Below are positions 9,501-19,698 of a stretch of DNA of 64,000 nt, one piece after another (within the stretch, counting starts at the first letter, position 1; the number at the start of each line of letters is the position of its first letter). The translations under genes and the position numbers were made by a program. The DNA comes from a bacterium. Lineage in GTDB: Bacteria > SZUA-182 > DTGQ01 > JAFGSM01. Under the pieces are notes generated by a model. It was not told the DNA's origin. It searched no databases and saw only the letters and a list, made by a program, of their open reading frames with translations. The DNA lies in the NCBI GenBank assembly GCA_049472335.1, contig JBLIRO010000012.1:1-64000 (forward strand), given 5' to 3'.

Positions 9501-10967
9501 TTATGGCGTATATTTTGCTGTGCTGAACACACCAATTATATAATATCCTGCTGTGCCGGTAACGCTGAATTGCCCTGAAATACCTGTATCGGTTATAGTG
9601 AGTTTATTCGTATTGAAATACCACGTATAAAGCCCTTTGATATTTTGGGGATTCTCACCAGCAGCATATTCACCAGAGCCTTCTTTTCCGGGATAATAGA
9701 AATAACGTGCCTTGAGATACCTGGTTGCCGCATCTATCCACCCGGTAAGCTCAACTTCATCGGATTCACCATCCCAATTTCCGGGCCAATCATCCGGCTG
9801 TGGATCTACGTCCCAACCTTTAATTTCTATTGTTCCTTCAACGGATCCTCCATCCGAATCCTGTTTGGTGACATGAAAGCGTATGTCCCCGGACATGGTG
9901 ATTACTATAATACCATTGGGATCGGTTACCACTCCTTCATTGGGATCGGTTAACCATGCCTCCCATGTGCCTGCCCAGTGTCCTTTTGCATTAGGTAAAT
10001 CCACAGGTGTTGTGGTACCACCGCCACCGCCACCGCCGCCGCTGCTACTCCCTCCAGTGTTTGGATAGTAATTACTCGGATTATATTGATATGGATTATA
10101 TGGATTATAAGGATTAATATTTGTTCCATATGGTGACCATGGTTGCTGCCAGGGATTCATTGGCTGAAATGGATTGAACCCCATATAAGGTAAGCCTGCA
10201 TATCCCTGCTGTGGGAAAGCCCCCGAATAAGGTGATATGTTACCAAAAGGAGCTGCAAATGGATTTACAAAAGGATTTAAGAATCCCTGAGCGGCAGCAG
10301 GACCATAGGATGAGCTGACCGGGTATTGTTGAAATACATTTGAAGGGGCAAACATATTTTGAGCAGGGCCGTAAAAGGTCTGATTCGGAAACGCGTTTGG
10401 ATTATAACTTGCGTTATATATAGTGTCATAAGGAGGCAAAGATGAGCTGGAATTATTGGTATTAGATGAGTACACTAAATAAGGATTTGTGGCTAAATAA
10501 GGATTTGCAGACGCATAAGGATAGGCCCCAGACGGGGGATTATATCCCATAGCTTGATAAGGGAGTCCGAATTGACCGGGTAATCCGGATTGACCGGGTA
10601 ATCCGAATTGACCGGGTAATCCGGATTGACCGGGTAATCCGAATTGACCGGGTAATCCAGATTGACCGGGTAATCCAGATTGACCGGGTAATCCGAATTG
10701 ACCTGTGGAGGGCAGAAAACCAGTTCCCATATTTTGGTAAGGTAATCCATATCCATACGGAACACCATATGGAGTTCCGTATTGAGGGAAAAATCCACCA
10801 CTCATAGGTGCATAAGCACCTGAAGCAGGTGAGAAGGGGAGATTGCCTGAATCCAGTGGTGGTAAATCTGCACCGATGGGTGCAGAATTTAATAAAAAGA
10901 TAGTAAATGTCAGACATAAAAACGATATAAATATACAAAAAAGCCACTTGCCTCTATTATTAACCAT
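9501..10967 (-). CDS. Putative secreted Pro/Tyr/Gly/Asn-rich protein with C-terminal beta domain
   Basis: Signal peptide, GLPGQ(S/F) repeats, poly-Gly linker, GHWAGTW domain; GGAGG RBS. Confidence 0.8.
   Translation of the reverse strand: MVNNRGKWLFCIFISFLCLTFTIFLLNSAPIGADLPPLDSGNLPFSPASGAYAPMSGGFFPQYGTPYGVPYGYGLPYQNMGTGFLPSTGQFGLPGQSGLPGQSGLPGQFGLPGQSGLPGQFGLPGQSGLPGQFGLPYQAMGYNPPSGAYPYASANPYLATNPYLVYSSNTNNSSSSLPPYDTIYNASYNPNAFPNQTFYGPAQNMFAPSNVFQQYPVSSSYGPAAAQGFLNPFVNPFAAPFGNISPYSGAFPQQGYAGLPYMGFNPFQPMNPWQQPWSPYGTNINPYNPYNPYQYNPSNYYPNTGGSSSGGGGGGGGTTTPVDLPNAKGHWAGTWEAWLTDPNEGVVTDPNGIIVITMSGDIRFHVTKQDSDGGSVEGTIEIKGWDVDPQPDDWPGNWDGESDEVELTGWIDAATRYLKARYFYYPGKEGSGEYAAGENPQNIKGLYTWYFNTNKLTITDTGISGQFSVTGTAGYYIIGVFSTAKYTP
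10566..10703. repeat. 18-bp coding tandem repeat, 7+ copies (GLPGQS/F)
   Basis: attgaccgggtaatcc(gg/ga/ag) repeated head to tail with no spacers. Confidence 0.95.
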
Positions 10968-11016
10968 CTCTAAAACCTCCTAGATATTTTGGACAAAATT
11001 AACCAGATTGATATAT

Positions 11017-11032
11017 TGCAAAAATATTGCCA
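11017..11032 (-). promoter_or_regulatory. Sigma-54 (-24/-12) promoter for the 9501-10967 gene
   Basis: Minus strand TGGCAATATTTTTGCA (GG-N10-GC), 50 bp upstream of ATG. Confidence 0.7.
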
Positions 11033-11393
11033 TAAAACCAAAGATAAATTTAATATTTAAATTTAAATTTATACCTATTTTTAACCAATTTTTATTAGTT
11101 TTTGTTGTTTCAATATGACCTTCCTTTCATGATGATGAATTTTCTTTCATAAATAGGCAAGATTTAACTTCCAAGTAAGTTTTAAAAAATGTTCTATTTT
11201 TATTTATACTCAAATGTTTTAATGAATAATTAAAGCGGTCTTATTTCTTACTTGTTATTTGTATTTCCTCCCTGATTATTTTTCTCCATATTAATAGACG
11301 CAAAAAAAGAAATTTTTACCCTTGATTTTTCAAGGAGACCTTCATATGCAATATTATTATATATAAATTTAATTTATAAATTAAAAAAAACTT

Positions 11394-12107
11394 CTAAGCC
11401 AGAATAACAACAATATCCCCAAAGTGCCGATCTTGAAGTATCTTGACCTTGTTTGTCCTGGCCAATTCCAAGATAGCTAAAAAGCCTATTATAAAATGAC
11501 CAGGTTCAATATTTTTATATAATAGACGGAAAAAAACCTTTTTCTTTACTTTTAATACAGAAATTATCTCCGTCATCTCATTATGTATTGTAATTGGATC
11601 AATAGATACACTATGGGGCTGTGCAGGATTTACCTTTTCTTTGACTATAATATAGTAAGCATTTAAAAGATCGTACAGGTCCGCTTCGATCATTTCTTCC
11701 TTGCAAGGGACAGAGATGCCCCGAGATGGAATGAGTTTGCTGTGCTCGGCTTCCAAATCGGTTAGAAATTCTGCTTTCTTTTTGCAGACCTGATACTCAA
11801 TCAACCTTTGAGCAAGCTTCTTCTTGGCTTCTTCGGGGTCTTCATCGTCATCTGAGCCAAGGCAAAGAAGGGTCCTGGATTTCAGATACATTAAATAAGA
11901 GGCCATAACAAGAAAATCTCCTGCCACATCCAGATTGAGATCCTGCATCATGTTTATGTAATCAAGGTATTGTTCGGTTATTAGTGCTATGGGAATGTCA
12001 CGGATATCTAATTTGGACTTTTTTATAAGATGAAGAAGCAGGTCCATAGGTCCCTCGAAGACGTTTAATTTGATTTTATAATCATTGTCAGCGTAGTATG
12101 ATGTCAT
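11394..12107 (-). CDS. scpA: Segregation and condensation protein A
   Basis: FEGPMDLLLHLI, IALITEQYL, FLVMAS..KSR.LL, FLAILEL. Confidence 0.92.
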   Translation of the reverse strand: MTSYYADNDYKIKLNVFEGPMDLLLHLIKKSKLDIRDIPIALITEQYLDYINMMQDLNLDVAGDFLVMASYLMYLKSRTLLCLGSDDDEDPEEAKKKLAQRLIEYQVCKKKAEFLTDLEAEHSKLIPSRGISVPCKEEMIEADLYDLLNAYYIIVKEKVNPAQPHSVSIDPITIHNEMTEIISVLKVKKKVFFRLLYKNIEPGHFIIGFLAILELARTNKVKILQDRHFGDIVVILA

Positions 12108-14773
12108 GACTTGTAAGATTTCTCACCTTTTCGGACACCGGAAATGTCCCCGAACCGTTTCTTAATGAATTCCATTTCCTCGTTATGATTCGAAACCAGG
12201 CCATCCAGTCTGGCCTTCAATATTTCCTGAAAGATTTTCTTGTAGACTGGTCCGGGAACAAATCCCATTCCTTTCAAATCGTCGCCGGTCACAGATATAC
12301 GGACCTTTTTAAGAGAGGTCAAAAATTGAGACGTCATCTTTTTGGATTTTGAATCCTCACATTTGGCCATCAGAAATAGTAATCCTTCTGTGGGTATCGG
12401 GTAAAGAAGAAAATAAATCTTGCTGTATTGATTGTTTTTGAGCCGGTAGAGCTTCTTCGGCATTTCTTTGCCTGTTCTATGGCAATACAAGACCTTTTCT
12501 CTATGTTTGATAGATAAATTAAGATGGTCGAGGAGAGGGATCAGCTCTTTTTCATTTAAGGAATCCGTTAATGCAAGGAAATATACGATCCATTTTTCAA
12601 TTTTTTCTGTGAGGTAAAGGAGATCATACCATGTAATCACATTTCTGACTTCAGTGATCAATTTTTCCAGGCCGGGTCCATATTCAATAGAGGGATGAAT
12701 ATGCTCGAGCAATTTAAACTCCCCCATACGGCTCATAGCCTTTGTAGGGTCAGACTCTTGAAAGATCAGGTATAATTCCGGGAAAACTCTCTTTCCATTC
12801 AGTTTTGACGGCAATCCCCTGTTCACTGCAGAAATTATAAGATTTTTTGTATATTTTCCTATCTGAAAACCGTATCTTTGTTCAAACCTTATGGCACGAT
12901 AGACCCTTGTCGGATCTTCTACGAAACTGAGGCTATGCATAACCCTTATTTTTTTGTCCTTTAGATCCCTTTGCCCTCCGAAAAAATCAATGAGTCTGCC
13001 AAAATGATTGGGATTTAACTGAATGGCCAGGGTATTGATCGTAAAATCCCGTCTGTACAGGTCGTGTTTAATAGAGCTCATCTCTACATTAGGCAAATCA
13101 ACGGGTTTTGAATAATATTCCAATCGGGCTGTCGCTATATCCAATTTAAATCCATCAGGAAGAACAATAACGGCAGTGGCGAACTTCTGATGAGTGCAAA
13201 GCCTTCCTCCAAGTTTATGATTGAGATATTCCGCCAATAATATCCCGTTGCCTTCAACCACAATATCTATATCCAGATTTTCCACTCTCAACATAAGATC
13301 TCTGACAAATCCCCCAACTACATAGGCAGAAAATCCCAGTTCTTCTGCAACCTCCCCGGCAGTCTTCAGCAACGTCTGGATTCTGTCCGGCAATCGTTCC
13401 TTAATAAGGCTGGTGAGGTTTTTTGATTGATAGTCAATCCTTTCGGAACCGCCCTTCTCCAATAATGAAAGGGTCAACCTGGACAGATCGTCATGGAGCA
13501 CCCTTAGGAGATCTGTTTTTGTGATAACTCCAACTATATTTTTGTTATTTAGAACAGGGAGAAATCTCTGGTTGCTTTCTATCATTAATTCTCTTACCTT
13601 ATCAAGAGATGTTTCCGGGGTCACGGTAAGGAGATCGCTTACCATTAATTCCTTGACCTTGGCATTCTTCATTCCATGTCCTATAGCCTTGTCTATTGTC
13701 TGTCTGGTAATAAGGCCTATCAATGCATCCTGGTTCCCTGTCACAGGAATGGTATTGATGCTGTATTGGTTTAACAGGTCTTTTGTTTCTATAATAGTCC
13801 GATTCTCGTTTACGGTTTTTACAGGTGATGTCATGATTTCCTGAGCCGTTTTGGGTATATGTATCCTATCCTTTAAAACCATTAACAGCTTTTCCTTGAC
13901 CTGGATCAAGGTCATTTCCTTGATCGTAGCAGATGCGGCTGTATGGTGTCCTCCTCCATTGAATTCCCTGGCAATCTGACCGGCGTCCACCTCACTGATC
14001 CTGCTTCTGGCCACAAGATGGATTCTGCCTTCCATCCGGATCAGGATGAAGAGAGTATCAAGGTTTTCTATGTCCCTTATCTTGTGGGCTAGTATTGCTA
14101 TATCTCCCACATACTTATCAATTGACGCCGTAGCGATATTAATGGAGATATGATTGATTACATGGGCCTCCATGGATTTTAAAAGCTCATTCATGAGATC
14201 GATATGCTCCGTTGTCATTCCCCGGTCGATCAGGTCCGCAATCATATTGAGATTTGCACCCTGAGTGAGAAGATAACCCGCTGCGTGCAAATCTTCTGAT
14301 GTTGTTGAGCTAAAGATCAGGGAGCCGGTGTCTTCATAAATTCCCAGCGCCATAATGGTAGCTTCATGTGGGGTGATTTGGATCCTTTTTTCCTGGAAGA
14401 TTTGGACAAATAATGTGGTTGTGGCGCCAACAGGTTTGACTAATTCGTATTGCCCATGGATATCATTGGGATGGCTTGGATGATGGTCGAAGATATGAAT
14501 AGTCAAATTTGGAACATTTAATACTTTTGAAAAATCACCTATCCGATCCGCCATTCTCGTATCTACCAATATAAGATGATCAATTTGAGACAAATCGATT
14601 TCCTTGAGCTTGAAATGTTGGACCTTATATTCAGGAATCTTAAGAAGATAGCGGAGATTAGCTTCCTGTGAGCCAGGGAAAACTATTTTTGCCTTGGGGT
14701 ACAGTTTTTTTGCTGCCAGCATAGAGGCAAGGGCATCGAAATCCGCATTAATATGTGTTGTGATAACCTGCAT
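12104..14773 (-). CDS. tRNA nucleotidyltransferase (CCA/A-adding) with DHH, DHHA1 and CBS domains
   Basis: DFDALAS, DHH, GGGH, CBS pair, VGGFVRD..DIDI, RRDFTIN, EDPTR. Confidence 0.9.
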   Translation of the reverse strand: MQVITTHINADFDALASMLAAKKLYPKAKIVFPGSQEANLRYLLKIPEYKVQHFKLKEIDLSQIDHLILVDTRMADRIGDFSKVLNVPNLTIHIFDHHPSHPNDIHGQYELVKPVGATTTLFVQIFQEKRIQITPHEATIMALGIYEDTGSLIFSSTTSEDLHAAGYLLTQGANLNMIADLIDRGMTTEHIDLMNELLKSMEAHVINHISINIATASIDKYVGDIAILAHKIRDIENLDTLFILIRMEGRIHLVARSRISEVDAGQIAREFNGGGHHTAASATIKEMTLIQVKEKLLMVLKDRIHIPKTAQEIMTSPVKTVNENRTIIETKDLLNQYSINTIPVTGNQDALIGLITRQTIDKAIGHGMKNAKVKELMVSDLLTVTPETSLDKVRELMIESNQRFLPVLNNKNIVGVITKTDLLRVLHDDLSRLTLSLLEKGGSERIDYQSKNLTSLIKERLPDRIQTLLKTAGEVAEELGFSAYVVGGFVRDLMLRVENLDIDIVVEGNGILLAEYLNHKLGGRLCTHQKFATAVIVLPDGFKLDIATARLEYYSKPVDLPNVEMSSIKHDLYRRDFTINTLAIQLNPNHFGRLIDFFGGQRDLKDKKIRVMHSLSFVEDPTRVYRAIRFEQRYGFQIGKYTKNLIISAVNRGLPSKLNGKRVFPELYLIFQESDPTKAMSRMGEFKLLEHIHPSIEYGPGLEKLITEVRNVITWYDLLYLTEKIEKWIVYFLALTDSLNEKELIPLLDHLNLSIKHREKVLYCHRTGKEMPKKLYRLKNNQYSKIYFLLYPIPTEGLLFLMAKCEDSKSKKMTSQFLTSLKKVRISVTGDDLKGMGFVPGPVYKKIFQEILKARLDGLVSNHNEEMEFIKKRFGDISGVRKGEKSYKS

Positions 14774-14777
14774 AAGC

Positions 14778-15698
14778 TTATATTATTTCAGTAAGATCCT
14801 CAAAGTAGGTCAAGTGTTTAAATTCTTTAAACCTGGCCTTTATCTCCCGAGGGTCCAGATTTATCAGTCTCTGAGGGGTAAAAGTCTCAACGCAAAAGGA
14901 CGCCATTACACTTCCCATGATGATCCCTTTTCTTATGCTATTTTCATCGATATTACCGGTATTTGAAAGAAAACCCATAAGCCCTCCGGCAAAGCTGTCG
15001 CCTGCCCCGGTGGGATCATATAATTCTTCCAATGGATATGCAGGGGCTGAGAAAACGGAATTACCGGAAAACATCAAAACACCATATTCACCTCGCTTAA
15101 TGATCAGAGCTTTCGGGCCCCAGGAAAGGATCTTTCTTGAAGCCTTAACAAGGTTGGGCTCTTTTGTCAGTTGCCTGACTTCAGCTTCATTAATAATTAC
15201 TATATCCACCCTCTGCATAGTCTTCTTTAATGACTCGGGCTTGTTTTCTATCCAAAAATTCATTGTGTCGCATGCCACAAGTCTTGGGGAATTGATTTGA
15301 TTCAAGACCTGTCTTTGTATATCAGGATCGATATTGGCCAGAAAGACAAATTGACTATGCTGATATTTAGGGGGTAATTGCGGATTGAAATCCTGAAAGA
15401 CATTGAGCTGTGTATCAATTGTCTGGGCTTCATTAAGATCAAATCCATACTCTCCAACCCAACGGAATGTTTTCCCCTTTGCTATTTGAAGCCCTGATAA
15501 ATCTATTCCCTTGTCCCGGAATATAGCAATGTGTTCTTTTGAGAAGTCCTCTCCGACCACAGCTACTAAATTTACATCGGTTAAATGATTCGCCGCCATG
15601 GAAAAATAAGTAGCTGATCCTCCCAGGGCCTCTTTTGCCTTGCCAAAAGGGGTTTTTATGGTGTCCAATGCAATCGATCCCACAACAAGAAGACTCAT
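14778..15698 (-). CDS. PfkB-family sugar kinase
   Basis: GGSATY, DPTGAGDSFAGG; start placed at MSLLVVGS after GGAGG. Confidence 0.92.
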   Translation of the reverse strand: MSLLVVGSIALDTIKTPFGKAKEALGGSATYFSMAANHLTDVNLVAVVGEDFSKEHIAIFRDKGIDLSGLQIAKGKTFRWVGEYGFDLNEAQTIDTQLNVFQDFNPQLPPKYQHSQFVFLANIDPDIQRQVLNQINSPRLVACDTMNFWIENKPESLKKTMQRVDIVIINEAEVRQLTKEPNLVKASRKILSWGPKALIIKRGEYGVLMFSGNSVFSAPAYPLEELYDPTGAGDSFAGGLMGFLSNTGNIDENSIRKGIIMGSVMASFCVETFTPQRLINLDPREIKARFKEFKHLTYFEDLTEII

Positions 15699-16222
15699 TA
15701 TGAAAACCTCCTTAAATGGTTTTTTTCTTAAAGAACTTTTTTTAAATGTTAATAAAATCCTTGATATATTCTTCAAGTAAATTATAAATTAAAAATCCAT
15801 AATATATTATCATAATAGAATTATTGATACCATAGAAAGTTATTAAAAAAGAGTTACATTTGACAAAAGATAGAAAAAAAATTATATTTATATTATTGGA
15901 TAGAAATTTTTATATACTTGCAAAAATCAAAGAGTTTCCATTTTGACAATTTCCCCTCATTATATAAATTTTCTTTGACTGCCGGGTTTTTGTAAAATGG
16001 AAGCAATATTCCTTGCTTTAAAAAGCTAGAGGATTTGTGTGGTTAATGCCCTATCTGTCTAATTTTATATCCAAAATTTTACTATCATAAAGACAAAAAA
16101 AATCAAAAAGGGAAAAAAGCGTTAGAGAATTTTTAAATGACTTCTGGTTTTCCTTTATTTACCAAAAAGTTAACAAATGAGACAGGTGCCTGCTCAAAAA
16201 CCATGTGGTTTTCGTGGAGGTA

Positions 16223-16312
16223 ATGCAAATAGCAAATTGCAAAATGAAAAATGAAAATTTAAGGAATAGATTATTTTGCATTTTAAAATTTGCATTTTGC
16301 AATTTGCAATTT
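16223..16312. repeat. Inverted array of degenerate 7-bp repeats (tgcaaaa / ttttgca)
   Basis: atgcaaatagcaaattgcaaaatgaaaaatgaaaa ... ttttgcattttaaaatttgcattttgcaatttgcaat. Confidence 0.75.
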
Positions 16313-16433
16313 TTCTCAAGATGCCACCGAGATTTTGAGGAGTCACTGAGACAGCTTCTGTCAGTTACTTTATTGCTGGAAGTAAATGATGATGGTTGTA
16401 CAATGGTTTTTATCACATAAACAGGGGGAAAAA

Positions 16434-18266
16434 ATGTACAATGATAATAGCATGATGGACAAATTATGTATATGGCCTTTAATTCTTCTATTGTCTTTTC
16501 AGTTTATATTTATTTTTATAGCAAGGGATGTTTATGGATCAAAACTTATATCATGTTATGCAAGTTTGGATCTAAAAGAGTTTAATCCAAATTACCCTGA
16601 CAAAATTGAGGCGAAGTCAGTTTTATCTTTTATGTATCTGATAAATGGAACCTTTCAATTAACATTATTTATCGAGACATATGATCCACTTATGCCTGAA
16701 GTATTGATCCAATTTTATCCTGATAACGGGGAAGATGGTTATACCAGGGGGAATTTTTCTAAAGTCCCTTTGTCGGAACTTGATACGGATCGGACCGCGC
16801 CCGGTCTTCTGGAATTGGATCTATCTGATTATATTAGTTACTTTTATGGAATATCCGACAATGAGTTTAAAGCGATATCCAAGATCGGAATCCGTGGAAT
16901 TGATTGTTATATAGGTGATATTTGGTTGAAAGATCCGGATACGTTTAATTATTATCCGGATCCGAATACGGGTAAGCTTTTAATTGATTCAGATCCAAAT
17001 ATGGATATCTTTGAACAGGGATGGGCTTCTAATAATTCTTATGATTCATTTGTAACAACAAAAAAAGTGCCAATGGAAGAAAACGGATATAATATGTTCA
17101 GGGCATTTATTTATCTCAAAGGAGAGGATATGGCTGATCCTCCGGCGGCCTCATCTGATTCCAAATCAGATGATTCTACTGATACCTCCAGTAGTAATTC
17201 AATTTTGGGCTATCCTTATGGTTACAATCTGTATTCCTATCCAGGCATAAGCTATCCTGTTAGTTTAACCTCTGCGTCCGGAAGTGGTTATACCGGCGGT
17301 TATGCAAGCGGATATGGTTATTATGGGGGGCTAAGGTCATATGCAGGCTTAGGCTCATATGGTTACGGAATGTATGGCGGTTTAGGCATGTATGGCGGCG
17401 GTTTATATGGTATGTATGGCGGCTTAGGCTCATATGGTTACGGAATGTATGGCGGTTTAGGCATGTATGGAGGCCTTTATGGCGGCCTTGGCATGTATGG
17501 CGGTTTAGGCATGTATGGAGGCCTTTATGGCGGCCTTGGCATGTATGGCGGTTTAGGCATGTATGGCGGCGGTTTATATGGTATGTATGGCGGCTTATAT
17601 GGCGGCTTAGGGTTATATGGAGGGCTAGGAGGATTATACGGTCTAGGAAGCGAAGTCCTTTTAACCCTTGCCCTGCTCCAGAATCCCGATATTGTCCTTC
17701 CTCTGCCCGGAGATATCCCTTCTTTTCTGTCCGGTCTTTTCGGTTCTCTTTCCCAGGTGTCGGCTCCTGTAACACTAACACCCGGAGCGGTTGCCCCTGT
17801 ACTCCCCGCACCGGTTGTTCCTGTGGCTACAGGAACGGCTCCGGTGTCACCTGTTGTGGTTACGTCAACTCCTATAACTCCGGTGACTGTACCTGCTGTT
17901 AGCCCGTCTCCTGTAATTCCTGCCCCCGTGGTTCCCGCACTCCCGGTAACAACACCAACAGCGGTTGCGCCTCTTCCTGTACCTCTTGTTCCTCTGGCAA
18001 CCACACCGGTCACATTACCAGTTGTTACCACTACCCCTGTTATTCCGGCACCGGCTGTTCCTTTGCCTACTGTGACATTACCTGTAAATATTCCGGCACC
18101 GGTTGTGCCACCTGCCATGCCTGTGACAAAATTTGGTCCCGGAGTTCCTGGGGCTGGCGGCGGAGGGATACCCGGAGGAGGCATCCCAGGCGGAGGTGTT
18201 CCGGGTGGAGGCATTGGAGGCGGTTTATTTGGAGTTGGCAAAATTACCGGAATGCCTGTGATATAA
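16434..18266 (+). CDS. Putative secreted protein: globular N-terminal domain, GMYGG/GLYGG repeats, Pro/Val/Thr-rich tail
   Basis: Long ORF, hydrophobic N-terminus, start placed after GGGGG RBS. Confidence 0.8.
   Translation: MYNDNSMMDKLCIWPLILLLSFQFIFIFIARDVYGSKLISCYASLDLKEFNPNYPDKIEAKSVLSFMYLINGTFQLTLFIETYDPLMPEVLIQFYPDNGEDGYTRGNFSKVPLSELDTDRTAPGLLELDLSDYISYFYGISDNEFKAISKIGIRGIDCYIGDIWLKDPDTFNYYPDPNTGKLLIDSDPNMDIFEQGWASNNSYDSFVTTKKVPMEENGYNMFRAFIYLKGEDMADPPAASSDSKSDDSTDTSSSNSILGYPYGYNLYSYPGISYPVSLTSASGSGYTGGYASGYGYYGGLRSYAGLGSYGYGMYGGLGMYGGGLYGMYGGLGSYGYGMYGGLGMYGGLYGGLGMYGGLGMYGGLYGGLGMYGGLGMYGGGLYGMYGGLYGGLGLYGGLGGLYGLGSEVLLTLALLQNPDIVLPLPGDIPSFLSGLFGSLSQVSAPVTLTPGAVAPVLPAPVVPVATGTAPVSPVVVTSTPITPVTVPAVSPSPVIPAPVVPALPVTTPTAVAPLPVPLVPLATTPVTLPVVTTTPVIPAPAVPLPTVTLPVNIPAPVVPPAMPVTKFGPGVPGAGGGGIPGGGIPGGGVPGGGIGGGLFGVGKITGMPVI
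17340..17645. repeat. Coding tandem repeats (GMYGGL / GLYGGL)
   Basis: Repeated atgtatggcggtttaggc and variants. Confidence 0.9.
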
Positions 18267-18320
18267 GAGTATTACTTTAGGCACTTTAGCGCACTTTCTT
18301 TTATCCAGCTTTTCGAAGCG

Positions 18321-18986
18321 TTATTCAAAGATTTGTAAAGGTTGATGTGCGGCCATTCTTGCCACTTCGCGGTTCTGACTATTTAAAAAATTGATGGTAG
18401 GAAAATCATCTGTTGAACATTCACTTCTTATTTTATAATAGCAGGTCTGTTTTGCATACCTCATTGCTACCAGATTAAACATGACCTGTTTCTGTATCGG
18501 GGGAAGATAATACCAGATGTCTGCTACATAGAGTGTGAGCTTATTGCCACCATCTCCGATTTCAAATCCGGTTACCATCTCCTGCATAAACTGTTGTAAA
18601 GCCCTCTGGTTTATAAAAGCAATGAGGTTATCCATGTCAGTCCTGATTTGATCCAATGCCTGTATATTTTCCTGGTTCTCATTATCTCTTGTCGCATCAG
18701 GGGTCTTTGGGTATGAGTGTCTATCTTTTTCTTTTAGACTATCTTTATCTTTGGAAGATTTTTCGGCTTTTTGGGGGAGGGCCTCTTCAATGGTTTTTCT
18801 TTTTTCAAATACAGTATTGGGAGAAAGAAAGGGGGTAGAAAATATGTCCTTATCCGTTTTTTCATCCTGAGTTATGGATTTTGTCTTTGAGCCGGAATAG
18901 AAAAACAGATAATATACCAGGGCCGAAATGACAATGATTATAACTATAAGGATTATGCTGCTTGTAATGTCTCTGCTATTCTTCAT
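18321..18986 (-). CDS. Hypothetical membrane-anchored protein
   Basis: 221-aa ORF with one N-terminal TM helix. Confidence 0.7.
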   Translation of the reverse strand: MKNSRDITSSIILIVIIIVISALVYYLFFYSGSKTKSITQDEKTDKDIFSTPFLSPNTVFEKRKTIEEALPQKAEKSSKDKDSLKEKDRHSYPKTPDATRDNENQENIQALDQIRTDMDNLIAFINQRALQQFMQEMVTGFEIGDGGNKLTLYVADIWYYLPPIQKQVMFNLVAMRYAKQTCYYKIRSECSTDDFPTINFLNSQNREVARMAAHQPLQIFE

Positions 18987-19319
18987 AAAACAATCATATC
19001 ATTAATAGGGATAAAAAGTACAGCTTAGGAGACATTTAATTTGTAAAAAAACTGATGAAGTAGTTTTTAAGGCCATTGTTCAGGTAAAATACCGGTTGAT
19101 TGAAGAAAATTTTTTGATTTTTATTAAAATCTATTTAACCAATAAATTCAAATAGATAAATATAAATAATTCGTAGAAATAGGCATAGAAACCATTTTCA
19201 GCTAATTCAAGACTTGACAAGATATGAGGGTTATAGTATCTAATAACGTGAGCGGTATTATTCTTTACTTTTAAGGGTTCTTTAAACCAATATTGTATCT
19301 CTAAGAAAGGAGGGAAGGG

Positions 19320-19589
19320 TTGAATAAGGCGGATTTAGTTGAAAAAATGGCAGGTGAGGCTGGTATTAGCAAGGTTGCCGGAGAGAAGTCATTGAATGCA
19401 TTTATCGATGGAATTAAGGGCGCCTTGAAAAAGGGTGAGAACGTAACCCTGATCGGGTTTGGAACTTTCTCGGTTGCAAATCGTAAATCTCGGGTAGGAC
19501 GTAATCCTCAAACAGGTGCTGAGTTAAAGATACCAGCAAGGAAAGTTGTAAAATTCAAGCCTGGTAAAGGCTTAAAAGACATTCTCTAA
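19320..19589 (+). CDS. hup: HU family DNA-binding protein
   Basis: MNKADLV...GFGTF...GRNPQTG..IPARKVVKFKPGK. Confidence 0.96.
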   Translation: MNKADLVEKMAGEAGISKVAGEKSLNAFIDGIKGALKKGENVTLIGFGTFSVANRKSRVGRNPQTGAELKIPARKVVKFKPGKGLKDIL

Positions 19590-19602
19590 ATTTTTTTCAA
19601 AC

Positions 19603-19650
19603 AGGGGGTAACAAGAGACAGAGACAATTCTGTCTCTTGTGGTACCCCCT
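19603..19650 (+). terminator. Long hairpin terminator after hup
   Basis: agggggta-acaagagacaga / tctgtctcttgt-gg-taccccct followed by a T-rich tract. Confidence 0.75.
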
Positions 19651-19698
19651 TAGTTTTTTCTCGCAGAATTTTTAATTTCTTTTTATAAATAGCAGAAG

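Noticed and set aside
10566..10703. Possible CRISPR array
   Set aside because: Head-to-tail 18-bp in-frame coding repeats with no unique spacers and no cas genes
16159..16420. Two overlapping short ORFs (KLQNANFKMQN / FCILKFAFCNLQF)
   Set aside because: By-products of the inverted heptamer array
17260..18241. Antisense ORFs with HTCLNR or PPY repeats
   Set aside because: Shadow frames of the GMYGG / Pro-Val repeat gene
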